A DNA stretch of 63,937 nucleotides, filler included, from Barthelona sp. PAP020 (Eukaryota): NCBI GenBank assembly GCA_040182905.1. It is 4 parts of 4 records of this genome, joined end to end, with 100 filler letters (N's around TTAATTAATTAA, not from the genome) between each part and the next. Parts side by side here need not be neighbours in the genome. Positions count along the whole stretch, not along the records: positions 50,664 to 63,937 come from JARQWU010000331.1; 3 more parts are not named here. One strand, written 5' to 3'. A program made the translations under genes and the position numbers. Every line of letters begins with the position of its first letter. Position 1 is the stretch's first letter. Below, piece by piece: positions 61,719-63,937 of this stretch. The notes below the pieces were generated by a model. The model saw only the letters and a list, made by a program, of their open reading frames with translations, was not told the origin of the DNA and made no database searches.

Positions 61719-63218
61719 GGGCGTAGTAACAGCCAAATTTAATCGAAAGGTGGAAAATGGCAACACTCTAACAAAATGTCCCATAATGGACATTCTATGC
61801 AAAGAAGGCTGACGATTAAAGCAAACAATATCACCATTAATCAAATGACGATAAGCTACATCTCCAACACGTAAAGAATCAACAGCTGTTTGAGCTTTAG
61901 ACAAATCAGTCAATTCTTGTCCATGTAATAAGAAGTTGATACCTGGATACAAATCTGATTTTGTGTTCTTTAACAATTCTTCCATACGATTTTTATTTTT
62001 TCGTGTAATCATTTCAGGAATTACTAACTTCCTTGCTACAGCCTCAGGAACACCAACTTCATCAATTCTTAACAAGGGATCTCCTGTGATAACAGTACGA
62101 GCAGAATAATCAACACGTTTTCCCATAATATTACCACGAATATGTCCATCTTTAGCTTCAACACGTTCAGTAATACCTTTTGAAGGTAAACCACCAGCAG
62201 ATTTACGATGTGGTTCACTCGATGATGCGTTATTAAACAAAGAATTGACAGCATTACTCAAACGCTTGACTGCTTCAGCATCAGGACTTTGGGGATTCAC
62301 AGCTTTGTTTCTTTTAAGAACTTCCTGATACATAAATGTTAGATCATCATTAGCAGCCCTTGTACCACTCATCATAACTGCAGGCCTTGCACAAGGAGGA
62401 ATGACTGGCAATACATGCATTATCATTTTGGCAGGATGTGAATACGTAGGATTCAGACCAATCAAGTTCATTTTTCCTTCGTCTATCTTTAACAAAAGGT
62501 TAAAGACATAAGAAGCACCGGTAGATGGAGATGATATTTTTGCACAAATATTTTGTTGGCGTGAATGTGATTCAGCACTTTGTGAATGATCAAGAGCATC
62601 GGCTCGAATACCATAATAATCAGAAGCTTTTGAAATTTTTGGCTTGTGAAATCCACAAATAGGACATTTGTTAAATTTTCCACCCAAATTATCACTGCGA
62701 GAAATTTCTTGAAATAGTTGTCTTCCATGAAATCTCTCACTCAATTGATTGATAAGTTCCAAACCCATTCTAACCTTTTCATTGTGTTCACGAGCAGATT
62801 TAGATTTGGTTGGATCTGACGTTAAATCAGGCTGAATCAAAAAAGAACCGCATTCTAAACAAAAAAAATCCAAGCTTTTAATTATAAAATCTAAATACCA
62901 ACGATTATATAAAGGTGCATTCAATTCAATATAACCAAAATGTCCTGGACAATCTTCTGAATCTTGTTTACAAGTTGGGCATCGATCCATTTGATAAAAG
63001 GATAAAATACCCATTGAAGGATCTTGAGGTCCCCCATAAACAGGCTTTTGTTCCGCTTCAAAACATTCAGTTTTTGTAACTTTACAAACAGCATAACGTC
63101 TCTAAATTGTTAGTCATAAAAACAAATATAATTTCATTATTCATACAATTTCATCACTATCCCAGACTCCAAATTGAATATTATCTATTACTCTCGTAAA
63201 TGCTGCTTCTTGTTTCAT
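57975..63218 (-). CDS. RPB1: RNA polymerase II largest subunit, two exons (63147-63218, 57975-63101), ~1732 aa
   Basis: Spliced N-terminus MKQEAAFTRVIDNIQFGVWDSDEI/RRYAVC; CPGHFG, NADFDGDEM, TQMTLNTFH; SP-rich CTD. Confidence 0.97.
63102..63146 (-). other. 45-nt spliceosomal intron in RPB1
   Basis: GTATGA...GACTAACAATTTAG; contains an in-frame TGA; removal joins the conserved QFG..DEI to the zinc-binding domain. Confidence 0.92.
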
Positions 63219-63295
63219 CGGAAAATAGAAATAATAACAAAAAAGATTAAAGAAAAAGAGACTTTTTTTTGTGACTCACTTTTTTTTCCAAACCA

Positions 63296-63754
63296 ATGAA
63301 TCAAATTCCAGATTTGGACCAATATCCTTTGGAGCAATTAATTCAAATGCATCGACAAATTGATGACAAACACACTCAACTGAACCGCGAATCAAGCAGA
63401 TTGCAAACGGTTGTAGCTAGATTCAGATCATCACGTGAAGCTGTTGAAGATATCACCCAAGAAATTATTGGAAAAAGTTGTTTAATTCCAATTACTCAAA
63501 CTATGTATGTACCTGGTATTTTAGAAGAAAATGATGAGTTTTTGGTTGATATTGGTCAAGATTTTTATTGTGCTCGTAACAAAGAACAAACTTTAGATAT
63601 ATTCGATAGAAAACTTGGGTCTTTAACAGATAAAGCTGTTGCTCTAAACAATGAGATCAATGAAATGGCCAAATTTCTGAATCATATTGGTCCTATCATC
63701 GAAGCAAAACAAGCTAGCACAGAATTTGCTGATGTTGTTGATCATGAAGAATAA
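63296..63754 (+). CDS. PFDN5: Prefoldin subunit 5 (alpha type)
   Basis: LIPITQTMYVPG...LVDIGQDFY...IFDRK. Confidence 0.9.
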   Translation: MNQIPDLDQYPLEQLIQMHRQIDDKHTQLNRESSRLQTVVARFRSSREAVEDITQEIIGKSCLIPITQTMYVPGILEENDEFLVDIGQDFYCARNKEQTLDIFDRKLGSLTDKAVALNNEINEMAKFLNHIGPIIEAKQASTEFADVVDHEE

Positions 63755-63833
63755 ATTAATGCGTCCACAATTTCTTTTTTCAGACAAAAATCAATAAGAA
63801 AAACTCCAAATATTAGTTTATATATTAATCGAT

Positions 63834-63937
63834 TTATTCACGAGGAGCGCGATAAACATATTTAGTCTTATGACGACGACGAGCAGCACTTTCAATCTTA
63901 CGGCTCTTACCACGAGTATAAGGCTTAGTATGTGATC
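63834..63937 (-). CDS. RPL18: Partial (3' end) 60S ribosomal protein eL18
   Basis: Manual translation SHTKPYTRGKSRKIESAARRRHKTKYVYRAPRE* matches the eL18 C-terminal SHTKPY..K.RK.E.A..RR. Confidence 0.85.
   Translation of the reverse strand, partial: SHTKPYTRGKSRKIESAARRRHKTKYVYRAPRE

Noticed and set aside
758..62740. Numerous 60-160 aa overlapping or antisense ORFs in the track
   Set aside because: Shadows of the real genes, with no recognisable motifs; many rely on TTG/GTG starts.
57975..63218. Alternative genetic code or intein in RPB1
   Set aside because: TAA, TAG and TGA all terminate conserved genes at expected ends, and RPB1 length and motifs show no large insertion.

Overview
AT-rich, very gene-dense, intron-poor nuclear DNA from a microbial eukaryote using the standard genetic code. 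The gene content (WRKY, bacterial-like CysE/AlkD/SSS, DPD, a CFAP45-like flagellar gene) and the tiny GT...CTAAC..AG introns suggest an anaerobic flagellate such as a metamonad; this taxonomic call is inference. The window is four contig pieces joined by artificial 100-nt N/TTAATTAATTAA/N linkers. It holds about 35 protein genes, including NAD kinase, CysE, exportin-7, Vps20, MAT1, WRKY, COG3, APC2, Tctex-1, Vps45, AlkD, a USP, FEX, DPD, FTase-alpha, LTV1, RPB1, PFDN5 and partial RPL18. It also holds one tRNA-Ala(TGC) and two short spliceosomal introns missed by the ORF track. The most unusual structure is a ~3.46 kb transposase-less element bounded by 32-bp terminal inverted repeats (29848-33310) just upstream of the tRNA, carrying an intact pseudokinase-coiled-coil-WD40 gene. 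A kinase-deleted paralog with homologous flanks lies 12 kb away, and differences between the two appear enriched on the WD40 ligand-binding face. Together these suggest a mobile, diversifying receptor family.
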